This document shows, one piece after another, positions 39,218 through 50,085 of a DNA stretch of 64,000 nt (its first letter is position 1; each line of letters starts with the position of its first letter). A program made the translations under genes and the position numbers. This DNA comes from Candidatus Poribacteria bacterium (GTDB taxonomy: Bacteria; Poribacteria; WGA-4E; PCPOR2b): NCBI GenBank assembly GCA_965116925.1, contig OZ220744.1, positions 2,368,001-2,432,000 on the forward strand, written 5' to 3'. Under the pieces are notes generated by a model. The model ran no database searches, was not told where the DNA came from, and saw only the letters and a list, made by a program, of their open reading frames with translations.

Positions 39218-40423
39218 ATGCAAACAGACAAGGTCAGATTAGCGATCATTGGTTGCGGCGGGATGGCGGGGGCGCATCTGAACGCCTACATTGGTCTCAA
39301 GAATCGTGGCATCGATATCTTTGATTTTGTAGCGATGTGTGATATAGATATAGATCGGGCGAAGGGTTTTGCTTCGAGAGCTGCCGAGGTGCAAGGGGGT
39401 GTGGAACCCAAGGTCTACGACGATATTGATAAGATGCTAGCACAGGAGACGTTGACCGCCGCTGACATCTGTGGACCTCATTTCTTACATCATACGCTTG
39501 CGATTGCTTGCTTTGAGGCGGGGGTTGATGTTATCGTTGAGAAACCACTTGGGGTGACAGTCCGTGCAGGCTGGAAGATGATAACGAGTGCAGCAGCCCA
39601 CGATCGTATCCTTGCCACCGCAGAGCAGGTGCGGCGATGGGTGAGTTCGCGCACAGTTGAGTGGTTAATCAACAAGGAGAAACGGATCGGGGAGCCTCGT
39701 ATGTTTTTTCGACAGGGTATTAGCGGGGCTAACAACGATCCTGAAAATCTCTTGCGCGATGAAATGACGACGTGGCGGCGAGAGAAACTCACAAGTGGTG
39801 GAAACGGGATCATTGATGGTGGAGTGCATTACATAGATCTCCTGATCTATTTTTACGGTGAACCCGATGAAATTTACGCCAGATCGGAGAATCTGACTCA
39901 ATACCAGTTCAAAGATCCGGACGGCAATTATATTCCACAAACCGTCGAGGATACCGCGCTCGCAACGATCACATTTAAGAGTGGTGTCATCGGTCAATGG
40001 GTCAACACCGGTGCTGCTCCGGGACGCGGTATCGGCTATAACAGCTACCACGGCAGCATCGGTTCCATCTACAGTACCGGTGGATACCCACAATCGCCTG
40101 AGTTGCAGCTATGGGATGGAAGCACTCAAGATCCAGACACCTTGCAAAGCACCTACATGGCGAATCTCAGCCCAGAGGAGAAGGAACGGTTGTTCCCGCA
40201 CGGCATCACGGAGGGGGTGATGCTTGAGGTCTACGATTTTCTGGACGCGGTTCGTAGGCGGCGTAGACCGGAGCTTGATGGGGTTGATGGCTTGAAAGCA
40301 CAGGCGGTTTGCAACGCGATCTATGAATCGGGGTGGGCCGGTCAGGCGGTCAAATTCGATGATGTATATAATGACAGGGTGACAGGGTATCAGGATGAGA
40401 TCAACGACCGATGGGGGATCTGA
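39218..40423 (+). CDS. Gfo/Idh/MocA family oxidoreductase
   Basis: AIIGCGG, VEKPL, DGGVHYID. Confidence 0.9.
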   Translation: MQTDKVRLAIIGCGGMAGAHLNAYIGLKNRGIDIFDFVAMCDIDIDRAKGFASRAAEVQGGVEPKVYDDIDKMLAQETLTAADICGPHFLHHTLAIACFEAGVDVIVEKPLGVTVRAGWKMITSAAAHDRILATAEQVRRWVSSRTVEWLINKEKRIGEPRMFFRQGISGANNDPENLLRDEMTTWRREKLTSGGNGIIDGGVHYIDLLIYFYGEPDEIYARSENLTQYQFKDPDGNYIPQTVEDTALATITFKSGVIGQWVNTGAAPGRGIGYNSYHGSIGSIYSTGGYPQSPELQLWDGSTQDPDTLQSTYMANLSPEEKERLFPHGITEGVMLEVYDFLDAVRRRRRPELDGVDGLKAQAVCNAIYESGWAGQAVKFDDVYNDRVTGYQDEINDRWGI

Positions 40424-40476
40424 GCATCTATTTAAAAGCCTGAGTTCAGCCTGAAATGAGGAGAAAAGAGCAGTAT

Positions 40477-40950
40477 ATGGAGTGGAAGTTTACGCTCGGT
40501 GTTGGTGGGGCGGTTGTGCGTGATGGGCAGCTTCTCTTGGTTCATCATGCCTACGGTGCCAAGATGTGGCAGATTCCGGGCGGATATGTCAAGCCGGAGG
40601 AATGTGCCCATGAGGGGGTTGTGCGGGAAATCTACGAAGAAACCCACATCCGCGCAGCGGTTGATGGTCTGCTTGGCGTTCGCCACCGTGTGAAGAAAGG
40701 CGATAATTCGACCTATCTTATTTTCAGATTGACACCGGTTGAATTACACGATCCCATTCCCGATGAGCGTGAGGTTGATGCCGCTGGATACTTTAGCCTT
40801 GCCGAGATTGAAGCGTTTTCACCAGACGAAATTCCTGCGCTCAATAAGTGGGTGGCTCGGTGTGTTTTGGGCAAAACGCCAAATATGCTGTTGGATCAAG
40901 GCGACCCCGATGGGCTTAATCGATCGTATAACCTTTACATTTGCTCTTGA
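40477..40950 (+). CDS. NUDIX hydrolase
   Basis: PGGYV..EE......REIYEET Nudix box; alternative start 40456. Confidence 0.88.
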   Translation: MEWKFTLGVGGAVVRDGQLLLVHHAYGAKMWQIPGGYVKPEECAHEGVVREIYEETHIRAAVDGLLGVRHRVKKGDNSTYLIFRLTPVELHDPIPDEREVDAAGYFSLAEIEAFSPDEIPALNKWVARCVLGKTPNMLLDQGDPDGLNRSYNLYICS

Positions 40951-40982
40951 ACGTTTTACGTTTCACGTATGAGGAGACTGAC

Positions 40983-42050
40983 ATGAATCAACGCGAACAG
41001 GAAACAATTGTCAATGCAGACCAGCTCCAACAGGTCTGTAGTCAACTGTACCAAAAGGCTGGTGTCGCACAGGAATACGCCGATACCATCGCCCAGATGC
41101 AGGTTTTAATGGATTTGCGAGGCGTTCCTTCACACGCAACACGCGGCGTGCCGGGCTATGTGCGTGGAATGATAAGCGGTGGCACTAACCCGAATCCCGA
41201 TATTAAGACGCTTGAAGATAACCCTGCGTCTGCCCTACTCGATGGGGATCGAGGTTTCGGGCACCTTGTCGCGATCCACGGAATGAATCTTGCTATTGAA
41301 AAAGCGAGGGCAACTTCGATCGGGGTTGTAGTTGTTCGCAACAGCAATCACTTCGGCGCTGCTTCCAGCCATGCGATACGCGCACTTGAACACGATATGA
41401 TTGGCTTTGCGACCACCAATGGCGGCGGCGTGAATGTGGCGGTCTTTGGTGCAAGGACTAACTCAATTGGTAACAACGCGCTCGCTTTTGCCATTCCCGC
41501 TGGCGAAGAACCACCGATTGTGTTGGATATGGCGTGTGGTGCTGCGGCTGCTGGCAGAATTGGGACCGCCCGGATGTATAATCAGAAGATTCCCTTGGGC
41601 TGGGGACTGGACGAGAATGGGGAGGAGACTGATGATCCGTCAAAGGTGGCAGCGATCCTGCCCGCTGCGGGTCCGAAAGGCTCTGCGCTCGCCATGATTA
41701 TGGATGTGTTGTGTGGGCCGTTGGGTGGCGGACTGATGGGAATCAATAAGGCGTACAATCCACGGAACGCGCCGCCGGAAAAAATGGGGACAGCTCACTT
41801 TTTCTTTGCTATTAATATTGCGAGTTTGACCTCGATAGATCAATTTAAGGAGGAGATGGACGAACAGATTCGCACGACTCGCAAGGCGAAACCGCGGGCG
41901 GGATTTGATCGGGTTACGCTGCCCGGTGAAATTGAATGGGAACTCACCCAAGAACGCCGCGCAAACGGTATTCCACTCCATAAGTCTCAAGTAGTGACTC
42001 TTGAAGAGTTGGCGGATGAGCTCGGGGTGCCTGTGCCGTGGAGAACGTGA
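40983..42050 (+). CDS. Ldh_2 family oxidoreductase
   Basis: RGVPSH, NSNHFGAA, VLDMA, PKGSAL, LPGEIE. Confidence 0.9.
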   Translation: MNQREQETIVNADQLQQVCSQLYQKAGVAQEYADTIAQMQVLMDLRGVPSHATRGVPGYVRGMISGGTNPNPDIKTLEDNPASALLDGDRGFGHLVAIHGMNLAIEKARATSIGVVVVRNSNHFGAASSHAIRALEHDMIGFATTNGGGVNVAVFGARTNSIGNNALAFAIPAGEEPPIVLDMACGAAAAGRIGTARMYNQKIPLGWGLDENGEETDDPSKVAAILPAAGPKGSALAMIMDVLCGPLGGGLMGINKAYNPRNAPPEKMGTAHFFFAINIASLTSIDQFKEEMDEQIRTTRKAKPRAGFDRVTLPGEIEWELTQERRANGIPLHKSQVVTLEELADELGVPVPWRT

Positions 42051-42164
42051 AACGTGATGCGTGAAACGTGAAGACGGCTTGTTCATTGGTGCGGTTGGAC
42101 TAGGAAGAGCAGGCTACGTGGCTTAAAAAAAGACAGTGCAAAACGCAAAGAGAGACCGACATCA

Positions 42165-43820
42165 CTAATTTTCCTCGGTGATAATGAGCAACTGATTCGC
42201 TTCAACATTTGTGAGCGTTTGTTCTGCGCCGCGGGACCAGGTAATTTTCACTGTTTCCGCTTTCGTTTCTGTCCCTAGTCCAAAAAGGAGCCGCAGGTCG
42301 TGTCCTGAAAGATAGCTTGCCCCGGCTTGGACCTCTCTCATCTGGGAATGGGAGCGGGTCACAACTTCGACACGCGCACCTATACCATCACGGTTGCTTT
42401 TGGTCCCAACGGTTTTTATCATCAGCCAGTTGTGTTTGCTTCCACCTTCGTTGCGGAGCAGCACCCCTTCCTGATTCAGGTTCACGACAAAAATGTCAGT
42501 GTCGCCGTCGTTATCGTAATCGCCAAAGGCGGCACCACGTCCCACCTTTTTGATTGAGAAATACTCACCTGATTGATTGGAGGCATTCACGAAAGTTCCC
42601 TCTCCTGTGTTGATGAAAAGTTGGTCGGTTTGTGCGTATTCGAGCACATCGGATTCTGTTGGATAGAGATGACCGTTGGCGACAAAGAGATCTAATGCTC
42701 CATCGTTGTTCGCATCGAAGAACTTTGTTCCGAAAGCCAATTTCAGGAAGCTGATCTCCCCCAAGCCTGCAATGTTTGTGAAGTCGATTAAGGCACCGTC
42801 TGCGGTGTTATGGTACAGAGTATTTGTCTCGTTGGAAAAGTTAGTGACGAAAATGTCCAAAGCACCATCGTTATTGTAGTCCCCGAAATCGACTCCCATT
42901 CCGCCTTCCGCAACGCCGTGTTCGTTATATGCTGCACCCGCAAAGGGAGCAATATCCACAAAACGTCCCTCACCAATATTGCGGTAGAGAAAATTGGGCG
43001 TTGTGTCGTTGGCGACATAGATATCGATACGTCCATCGTTGTCGTAATCCCCGCAGGTGACACCGAGACCTTTGCCGTCATTGTTATAAATGCCTGCCTG
43101 TCTCGTTACATCGGTAAATGTCCCATCGCCATTGTTTCTGTAAAGGGTATCTGATACACCTTCGTAGACCTGTGGATTAGAATAAATCCGCCGCCCACGG
43201 GGATCATACCAATCCCGATCTTTGGCTATATCATAATCGAGGTAGTTGACGACGTAGAGGTCTAGGTTGCCATCATGGTCGTAGTCCACGAAGGCGCAGC
43301 TGGAACTCCATTTTTCTCCATTTCCCACACCCGCATGAGCGGTCACATCGGTGAATGTGCCATCCCCGTTGTTCCGATACAGAAGATTTTCGCCGAAATT
43401 GGTCACGTATAGATCTGCGTCGCCGTCGTTGTCGTAATCTGCGGCAACGCAGCCCATACCGTAGCCGGTGTCTCCCACACCTGCTGTGGCAGTGACATCG
43501 GTGAACGTGCCATCTCCTGTATTTTGATAGAGGTAGTTCGTGGGTGGCGCAGCTGCTTCAAAGCCGGGCAGCGGTGCACCGTTGACGATGTAAAGGTCTA
43601 AATCGTCGTCATTATCATAATCGAGGAAAGCTGCGCCTGATCCCATAGTTTCCAGATAGAACTTGCGATCGCTAGCACCATTGACGTGCTTGAAGGTGAT
43701 TCCTGCCTGTTTAGTGGCATCAACGAATTGGACTGCCATTTGTGCGTGACAAGGGACAATCAGAAGGTTAAGTATCAGGAGAAACCAATTTCTTAGCTTT
43801 CGTTGCATTCGTCTATCCAT
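42165..43820 (-). CDS. CRTAC1-like FG-GAP/VCBS repeat protein with ASPIC/UnbV domain
   Basis: Repeated DYDNDGD.D; SNRDGIGARV, YLS...LFGLG. Confidence 0.9.
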   Translation of the reverse strand: MDRRMQRKLRNWFLLILNLLIVPCHAQMAVQFVDATKQAGITFKHVNGASDRKFYLETMGSGAAFLDYDNDDDLDLYIVNGAPLPGFEAAAPPTNYLYQNTGDGTFTDVTATAGVGDTGYGMGCVAADYDNDGDADLYVTNFGENLLYRNNGDGTFTDVTAHAGVGNGEKWSSSCAFVDYDHDGNLDLYVVNYLDYDIAKDRDWYDPRGRRIYSNPQVYEGVSDTLYRNNGDGTFTDVTRQAGIYNNDGKGLGVTCGDYDNDGRIDIYVANDTTPNFLYRNIGEGRFVDIAPFAGAAYNEHGVAEGGMGVDFGDYNNDGALDIFVTNFSNETNTLYHNTADGALIDFTNIAGLGEISFLKLAFGTKFFDANNDGALDLFVANGHLYPTESDVLEYAQTDQLFINTGEGTFVNASNQSGEYFSIKKVGRGAAFGDYDNDGDTDIFVVNLNQEGVLLRNEGGSKHNWLMIKTVGTKSNRDGIGARVEVVTRSHSQMREVQAGASYLSGHDLRLLFGLGTETKAETVKITWSRGAEQTLTNVEANQLLIITEEN

Positions 43821-43824
43821 TATT

Positions 43825-46800
43825 TTATTTGGCTCGAAGTTGCCGGGCGATTCTGAATTCTTGGGCGGCTTTTTTGGGTTCGCCCAGTCGTTTATACGTT
43901 TCGCCGAGATTTTCGTGGAACTCTGGGTTGCGTGGATCGAACCGAATAGCAGTGGTAAATGACTCTGTTGCGTCGGAATACCTTCTCTGTAGAAAGTAGC
44001 TCATCCCAAGACTATTATGTGCCTTCGGTTCATTGGGCGCGAGGCGGACGGCGGTTTCGCAAACACGCTGCATTTTATCTAGCCGGTTGAGTCTCATATA
44101 GCATACCGCGAGTATATTGTAGGTTTCCCAGTTGTTGGGACTAAGTTTGGTGGATTGCTCTAAGGGTGTAATGGCTTTCTCAAATCTACCGTATTGTACG
44201 TGAACGCGCCCAAGCTGATACCACCGTTCGGGGTTGTCTGGATTCTGTTGAAGGGCAATTTCAAGTTGTGAAACAAGATTCATATAAGGCTTGAGGTTCT
44301 GGTACTTTCTAATCAGTTCGGCACCTTTCTGGACGTTCCCTTGTCTGATATATGTGTTCCCCAGACTGTAGTACGCTCGAATCTGATCTGGATCCAGTTC
44401 GATTGCTCGTTCAAAACAGCTAATCGCATCATCAAAATTGCCCTGTTTCAGATAGACCATGCCGAGGTCATAGTAGGGGTGGTAGGGATAATCTGGGGCG
44501 ACTTTAGGATTCAGTTCGATAGCTTGGCGCAAGGCTTGAATCGCCTCTGGATACTGATTTCGTCTGAAGTAGGCAACGCCGAGCATCTGGTGTGGTGTGG
44601 GATTTTTGGGATCTAGCTTGATTGCGGTTTGGAGGGATTCGATTGCCGCTGCCGTTTTAGCAAGGTAAAGCAGATAGATCCGTCCAAGGAGACGGTGCGC
44701 TTCCGCACGGTTGGGGTCGATTTGAATGGCTTTTTTGAGCGATTCCACAGCGAGTAGATAATTCTGGTTTTTACTTAAATCTAGCCCGCGATTGTAATGT
44801 TCCACAAAGGCAGAGAGGTCGCTGTCTTCCGAAGCACGCTGTACTGTTTGTGTCGAATGCACCTCGTGATGCGTCTGAGGCACTTCAGATCCCTTGTCCT
44901 CTATCTGAGTTTTTGAGCCCAATTTTAATTTTTTGAGTTCGATAGTTGTGTATTGCGTTTCATCTTCGGTGATCTGAATGAAGTGATCGAGGGGCACGTC
45001 ATGGAACTTTTGTGTGAGTCCGGTGGTGTGCCAGAAAATCTCAAGTTTCTCGACTTTTTCCGCCTGACCTAAGCCGATTGTCTGTCGGAGCGGATTGGCA
45101 CCGAAGCTGCCCCCACTGTTGGCATACTTGTAAATCGAACGTCGTTCCCCGTTTTCGATGACCTCAGCATGGATACGCGCCCCGATTGCTGACCGGTTGG
45201 AATCCACACCGACGAGCTTAATCGTGAGAAAATGGTTTCCAAAGCCGGGGTTTTCATACAGGACGTTGCTATACCCATCGCCCGGAAAGGCACCACCCAT
45301 CTGCTCGAAGATGTCTTGGTCGCCATCGTTGTCGAGGTCAGCGAAGACGATAGCGTGTCCCTTCTGCAGATGCCCAAACCCGCCAGCGTAGGTTACGTCC
45401 ACGAAGCCTATGCCCTGCCGATTGCGATACATGACGCTTGGCATTAGGTTTTTATAGTCCGGATATCCGGTGCCGAGATAGAAATCGAGATAGCCATCGT
45501 TGTCGAGGTCGCCGAAGTTTGAACCCATAGGCGCGTTGGGTCGTACGAGATTGTGTTGGTGTGCAACTTGGTTGAAACCACCCTGCCCATCTCCACGATA
45601 CAGATGTGGTAATCCACCTTCATTGAGATCGGGACGGTTATGATATGTTGTCCTCGATTCTGTCTCTGCCGCAGAAGGTGGGGCACCTATGGAGATGCCG
45701 AGGGCGTTTGCTGCGAGATGTGAGATACCAGCGGAATAGGCGGACACATACAGATCCAATGCCCCATCGTTGTCGAAGTCCCAAAACCAAGCGGGGAAGC
45801 TGCGTATCGGCAGGTCAATATTGAGTTGCTTCGCCACATCGGTGAAAGTACCGTCCCCGTTATTGCGAAAGAGGTGGTTGACACCTTTGAAATTGGACAC
45901 ATATAGGTCGAGTAACCGATCTCCATTGTAATCGCCCCAGATCACTGACTTGGTAAAACCGTAGTTTTGCACACCGGCTTCCGCAGCTACATCGGTGAAC
46001 GTGCTATCCCCGTTGTTGCGGAATAGCTGACATGGGGCGTTGAACGTTTCGGTAGACTCATTTCCGATGTATAGATCGAGATCGCCGTCGTTATCGTAGT
46101 CGCCCCAAGATGCTGTCTGAGTGGGATAATGCACCTTGCCTAAACCTGCGTCGAAGGTTACATCGGTGAACGTGCCGTCTCCATTATTACGCAGCAAGGA
46201 GTTTGGGTGTTGCCCCGCAGCTTCCAACCAAGCACCTCGCAATACAAGGATATCGACATTGTTGTCGTTGTCGTAGTCCGCTTGGAGGAGGTTCAATCCG
46301 CCGTACAGACCTAGAAGCCCTGCCTGTTCGGTTCGTTCTGAGAAGGTGCCATCCCGGTTGTTCTGAAAAAAGCGGATTTGTCCGGCGGGATCCCACGTGG
46401 AAACGACGAGATCTAGGTAGTTATCGTTGTCGAAGTCATCAACGATCGCACCACCGGATAGATCAAATGTGTCAAGTCCCAGATGTGGTGCAATGTTAGT
46501 GAAACGCGGCATTTCTTCTGAGGATTGAAATGCCTCTGGGGGCAGGAGGTATCGCTTGGGAACCTGCTCTGGATAGCGGCCGATCGTCATGTAAGCGATG
46601 TTGAGCAGCCATCTCGCCTCCAGATGGAGCGGCAATTCAACCGTTGTATTTCGCAGCACTTCTGTGAGGTAGGTTATCGCCTGTATTGACCCCTCTTGTT
46701 GGGTGTGAATCCCACCATCTCGTAACGGCAGAATGCAGCTGTCAGGGTTGCTCGCAGTTCCGATTTCGCTGGGGCAGCAATTCTGTGTTTCGCCCTTTCG

Positions 46801-47304
46801 CATATATGCGACACCGAGGCGAAAGAGGGTTTGATTCGCCATCAATGGGGAGAGTTGTCCCCTCAATCGAGGCAGCAGTTTTCCTGCTTGTGTGAGTTGA
46901 TCTATTGCTGCCTCTTCATTACCGAGCCGAAGTTCTGCCTCACCGAGTTCTGTATGGAGACGCCATCGGTTAAGGTTTGAAGCCTCGACGGGTAAGTTGG
47001 CGAGATGTCTACGCAGCTGGCGTGCTAGTCCCTCGCCTAGGTAATTGTTTGTTTCGGCAGTTTGATCAGCGATACCCTTGAGAAGGGTGAGCATCTTTTG
47101 ATGGCTTGCGGTCGGCGTATCGGTATCGGAGGAAACATTCCCCGTTATGACGATGGCTGTTCCTATAACGATCAAGCCAAGCACGACGTAGGGGAAACGC
47201 CTGAAATACGTTTTGATTAATGATTGCTGCACAACTTGATCTTTCAAATTGAAGTCCGCAAGATAGTGTACTGGGTTGTTAAAATTTCGCTTGATAATTG
47301 GCAT
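43825..47304 (-). CDS. FG-GAP repeat + ASPIC/UnbV + C-terminal TPR protein
   Basis: TM segment, ETQNCC..SCILP, DFDNDG repeats, SNRSAIGAR, ~9 TPRs; start uncertain. Confidence 0.88.
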   Translation of the reverse strand: MPIIKRNFNNPVHYLADFNLKDQVVQQSLIKTYFRRFPYVVLGLIVIGTAIVITGNVSSDTDTPTASHQKMLTLLKGIADQTAETNNYLGEGLARQLRRHLANLPVEASNLNRWRLHTELGEAELRLGNEEAAIDQLTQAGKLLPRLRGQLSPLMANQTLFRLGVAYMRKGETQNCCPSEIGTASNPDSCILPLRDGGIHTQQEGSIQAITYLTEVLRNTTVELPLHLEARWLLNIAYMTIGRYPEQVPKRYLLPPEAFQSSEEMPRFTNIAPHLGLDTFDLSGGAIVDDFDNDNYLDLVVSTWDPAGQIRFFQNNRDGTFSERTEQAGLLGLYGGLNLLQADYDNDNNVDILVLRGAWLEAAGQHPNSLLRNNGDGTFTDVTFDAGLGKVHYPTQTASWGDYDNDGDLDLYIGNESTETFNAPCQLFRNNGDSTFTDVAAEAGVQNYGFTKSVIWGDYNGDRLLDLYVSNFKGVNHLFRNNGDGTFTDVAKQLNIDLPIRSFPAWFWDFDNDGALDLYVSAYSAGISHLAANALGISIGAPPSAAETESRTTYHNRPDLNEGGLPHLYRGDGQGGFNQVAHQHNLVRPNAPMGSNFGDLDNDGYLDFYLGTGYPDYKNLMPSVMYRNRQGIGFVDVTYAGGFGHLQKGHAIVFADLDNDGDQDIFEQMGGAFPGDGYSNVLYENPGFGNHFLTIKLVGVDSNRSAIGARIHAEVIENGERRSIYKYANSGGSFGANPLRQTIGLGQAEKVEKLEIFWHTTGLTQKFHDVPLDHFIQITEDETQYTTIELKKLKLGSKTQIEDKGSEVPQTHHEVHSTQTVQRASEDSDLSAFVEHYNRGLDLSKNQNYLLAVESLKKAIQIDPNRAEAHRLLGRIYLLYLAKTAAAIESLQTAIKLDPKNPTPHQMLGVAYFRRNQYPEAIQALRQAIELNPKVAPDYPYHPYYDLGMVYLKQGNFDDAISCFERAIELDPDQIRAYYSLGNTYIRQGNVQKGAELIRKYQNLKPYMNLVSQLEIALQQNPDNPERWYQLGRVHVQYGRFEKAITPLEQSTKLSPNNWETYNILAVCYMRLNRLDKMQRVCETAVRLAPNEPKAHNSLGMSYFLQRRYSDATESFTTAIRFDPRNPEFHENLGETYKRLGEPKKAAQEFRIARQLRAK

Positions 47305-47381
47305 TGGTGGTGCTACCCTAAAAGCGTGGTGAACTGCAACTTTCAGTCTACAATCGAGGTCGGCTTACAGAGGAGTTAATT

Positions 47382-48134
47382 TTGGAAAATATTAAAACGT
47401 CCAGACATTCGGATGAGGCTCGTGATCTGGATGCGCTTGTAGATCAGTTAGATCCCAACAGCGTCCCCCAAATTCGTTGGGTCTATCGTGCTGCCCGACG
47501 TATCAACAGGGGGGGGCAGAAGCTCGGTATCTTCTCTGGGTCTTTCAACCCGCTCACCGTTGCCCACATCAAAATGATCGAGGCAGCACAGAAAAAATAC
47601 GATCTGGACGAGATTTTGCTAATTTTGGCAAGGGCGAATGTTGACAAGGGTGTGTTCGGTCTCTCTCTTGCCGATCGTTTGTTGATGCTGAAAGAATACA
47701 CCGTGAACCGTGAGGATTTTTCTGTTGCCGCTTGCAGCCACGGTAAATTCATTGAGAAGGTTGAAGCGTTAAAATCTGCGTATCCCCCCGGCTCACACTT
47801 TTCGTTTATTGTTGGCTACGATACGTTCATTCGCCTGTTCGACCCGAAATATTATACCGATTTGCACAGCGCATTGGAAGCCCTTTTCGATCAATGTCGC
47901 TTCATCGTTGCGAACCGCCAAGACTATGATGCGGAGGCAGTGAAACAGGTGATGGAATCGCCGGACTACCGTCGTTACTCAAGCGGAATTGATCTGATCG
48001 AGTTGCCAGATTTTTATGCGGAGATTTCTTCGACGGATATCCGAGCGCAGATTCAGGCGGGAAATTCGGTGGATCACCTTGTGCCATCGGAAGTGCAGGG
48101 ATTCCTCAAGGCAGTTCAGGCTTATCAGGCTTGA
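47382..48134 (+). CDS. Nicotinate/nicotinamide-nucleotide adenylyltransferase-like nucleotidyltransferase
   Basis: SGSFNPLTVAH, VGYDT..R, ISSTDIR. Confidence 0.8.
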   Translation: MENIKTSRHSDEARDLDALVDQLDPNSVPQIRWVYRAARRINRGGQKLGIFSGSFNPLTVAHIKMIEAAQKKYDLDEILLILARANVDKGVFGLSLADRLLMLKEYTVNREDFSVAACSHGKFIEKVEALKSAYPPGSHFSFIVGYDTFIRLFDPKYYTDLHSALEALFDQCRFIVANRQDYDAEAVKQVMESPDYRRYSSGIDLIELPDFYAEISSTDIRAQIQAGNSVDHLVPSEVQGFLKAVQAYQA

Positions 48135-48721
48135 ACGCTGATTGGGACGGGGGTTGTCCACTCATAATGAATGACGACCCGGTTGGTCCTTGGACAGATG
48201 TAAACTTGTTGATCTAGATGGTCACAGTGCAGACATGTGCGGGCCCAACTCCTTGACTGCATTGGTAAAAAAAACTCGCATTTTGTGGCAATCTGTTTCA
48301 TCTGCTCGTGATTTGCCGCGGTCAGATAGAACGCCTCAACTGACTCGCCTACGAGGTTGATTACGCGATCTGTCCGTCCTTCTCCTTGCCATATCTCGTT
48401 AATCAGTTCTTCCAAAATAGCGCGATAGGTCTGTTCTCCACTTGGCTCTGGTGAATGGAGGGTGATATCGTTTTCTAGGCTATATTGTATCAGGTGTTTT
48501 AATTTGCTCTCCTCCTTACGATATTCTGCTCTCATTTCAGCCATAAAGTTTTTACGAAATTCTTCCCAACCAATTTCTCTAGATCTCCACTGTGTAAGCA
48601 ACTCCTTTGATGGTGCCAATTCTGTGATATTCTGCATGGCGGGAATTTTTTCGTAACAGATCGCGTATTTTTTGTCCGTTTTGCTGGCTGCGGCGTTTTC
48701 TACTGAGTTTAAGTATAGCAT
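48125..48721 (-). CDS. DUF488-like protein with C-terminal Cys cluster
   Basis: LAPSKELL..W...WEEF...F..E; C...CxxC...C tail. Confidence 0.6.
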   Translation of the reverse strand: MLYLNSVENAAASKTDKKYAICYEKIPAMQNITELAPSKELLTQWRSREIGWEEFRKNFMAEMRAEYRKEESKLKHLIQYSLENDITLHSPEPSGEQTYRAILEELINEIWQGEGRTDRVINLVGESVEAFYLTAANHEQMKQIATKCEFFLPMQSRSWARTCLHCDHLDQQVYICPRTNRVVIHYEWTTPVPISVQA

Positions 48722-49101
48722 GATTTTACCTCTTTTCTGTTAAAGATTATCACTCATGTTAAGATTTAGTGCAAAGAAACCGAGTTTTCACCCCCTCTAA
48801 TCCCCTCGCAAGCGGGGAGAGAGAAGAACGCGCAATGAATTGCGCTACTACAAACTGAAGTGCGTAACTCCTATTGTGTAAAGACAGTGCACCTATTTTA
48901 TCCTGGTGCAACGAAAGTTTATTTTCCGAATCCACTTTAAGAACGGCAAGATCGCTAATCTTGATACAAAAACTGTGAAGATTGCCTATTGTTACTATGA
49001 GCAGGATTCGGTTGCGGGGTGATGGACACCTCACTTTCGATATTGACAATTTGGTTCATTGGTTTATTTTGGTTGGCATTACATTTGCGTGGAGGAATAC
49101 A

Positions 49102-50085
49102 ATGACACGAACAGGTACGCAGGTTGTTGTTAGACCGGACAATAGCGTAGGAACAAAGGCGACTGAGATTCGTTCGCCAGGAAGCGGTGAGGTGCTTGTC
49201 GAGACGGCGTGTACACTGATTAGCGCGGGTACTGAACTCGGCACACAAGAGCAGGGACGGACAGACGATTTTACCCCCGGCTACTCAAACACCGGCCGTA
49301 TTATTGAAATTGGTGAAGGGGTGGAAGGCTACGAAATCGGGGAGCGTGTGTTGTCGCTGGGACGACACGCTAGTCATGTAACTGTGTCGGCTGCACCACA
49401 ATCGTTGGCGAAACTGCCGGATAGTGTGTCTTTCGATGAGGGCACCTTCGGTGTGCTGGGAAGTGTTTCAATGCACGGGGTCCGAAAAGCGCGGATTGAG
49501 TTGGGTGAGTTCGCCTGCATTACAGGGATGGGACTCGTTGGACAGTTGGCGTTGCAGCTTGCAGCGCAAACGGGTGCGGAGTTGCTCTTCGCAATTGATC
49601 TGAGTGAGCCGCGATTAGGGGTGGCAAGAGATTCGGGGGCGACGCATGCCCTGAATCCGAAGCAATGTGATCTTCGCTCCGAGGTTGGTAGCATCACCGA
49701 AGGACGTGGATTGGACGTGACCATTGAAGCGTCCGGTTATCCGGAGCTGCTGCCGATTGCGTTTGACATGGCGCGCATTGGTGGGCGAATTATGGCGTTG
49801 GGATCAATCTGGCACCGAAAGGTTGAGGTAGATTTTATGGATTTTCACCTGAAGGAACTGACCTTAGTTGGGTGTCATCAGCCGAAATGCCCGACGGTTG
49901 CGACGCCTGCGTTTCCTTGGACACAACAGTATAACCGGCGTCAGATTTTGAAGATGATTGAGCGCGGTGAACTCAACGTAGATCGTTTAATCACGCACCG
50001 ATTGCCTTATACGGAAGCAGGTGAAGCTTACCGGCTGCTGCGTGATGAGCGGGATAAATCGTTGGGGGTCGTGTTGACTTGGTAG
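49102..50085 (+). CDS. MDR-family (zinc-binding type) alcohol dehydrogenase
   Basis: ISAGTE, PGYS..G, GMGLVG, LITHR; GGAGG RBS. Confidence 0.88.
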   Translation: MTRTGTQVVVRPDNSVGTKATEIRSPGSGEVLVETACTLISAGTELGTQEQGRTDDFTPGYSNTGRIIEIGEGVEGYEIGERVLSLGRHASHVTVSAAPQSLAKLPDSVSFDEGTFGVLGSVSMHGVRKARIELGEFACITGMGLVGQLALQLAAQTGAELLFAIDLSEPRLGVARDSGATHALNPKQCDLRSEVGSITEGRGLDVTIEASGYPELLPIAFDMARIGGRIMALGSIWHRKVEVDFMDFHLKELTLVGCHQPKCPTVATPAFPWTQQYNRRQILKMIERGELNVDRLITHRLPYTEAGEAYRLLRDERDKSLGVVLTW

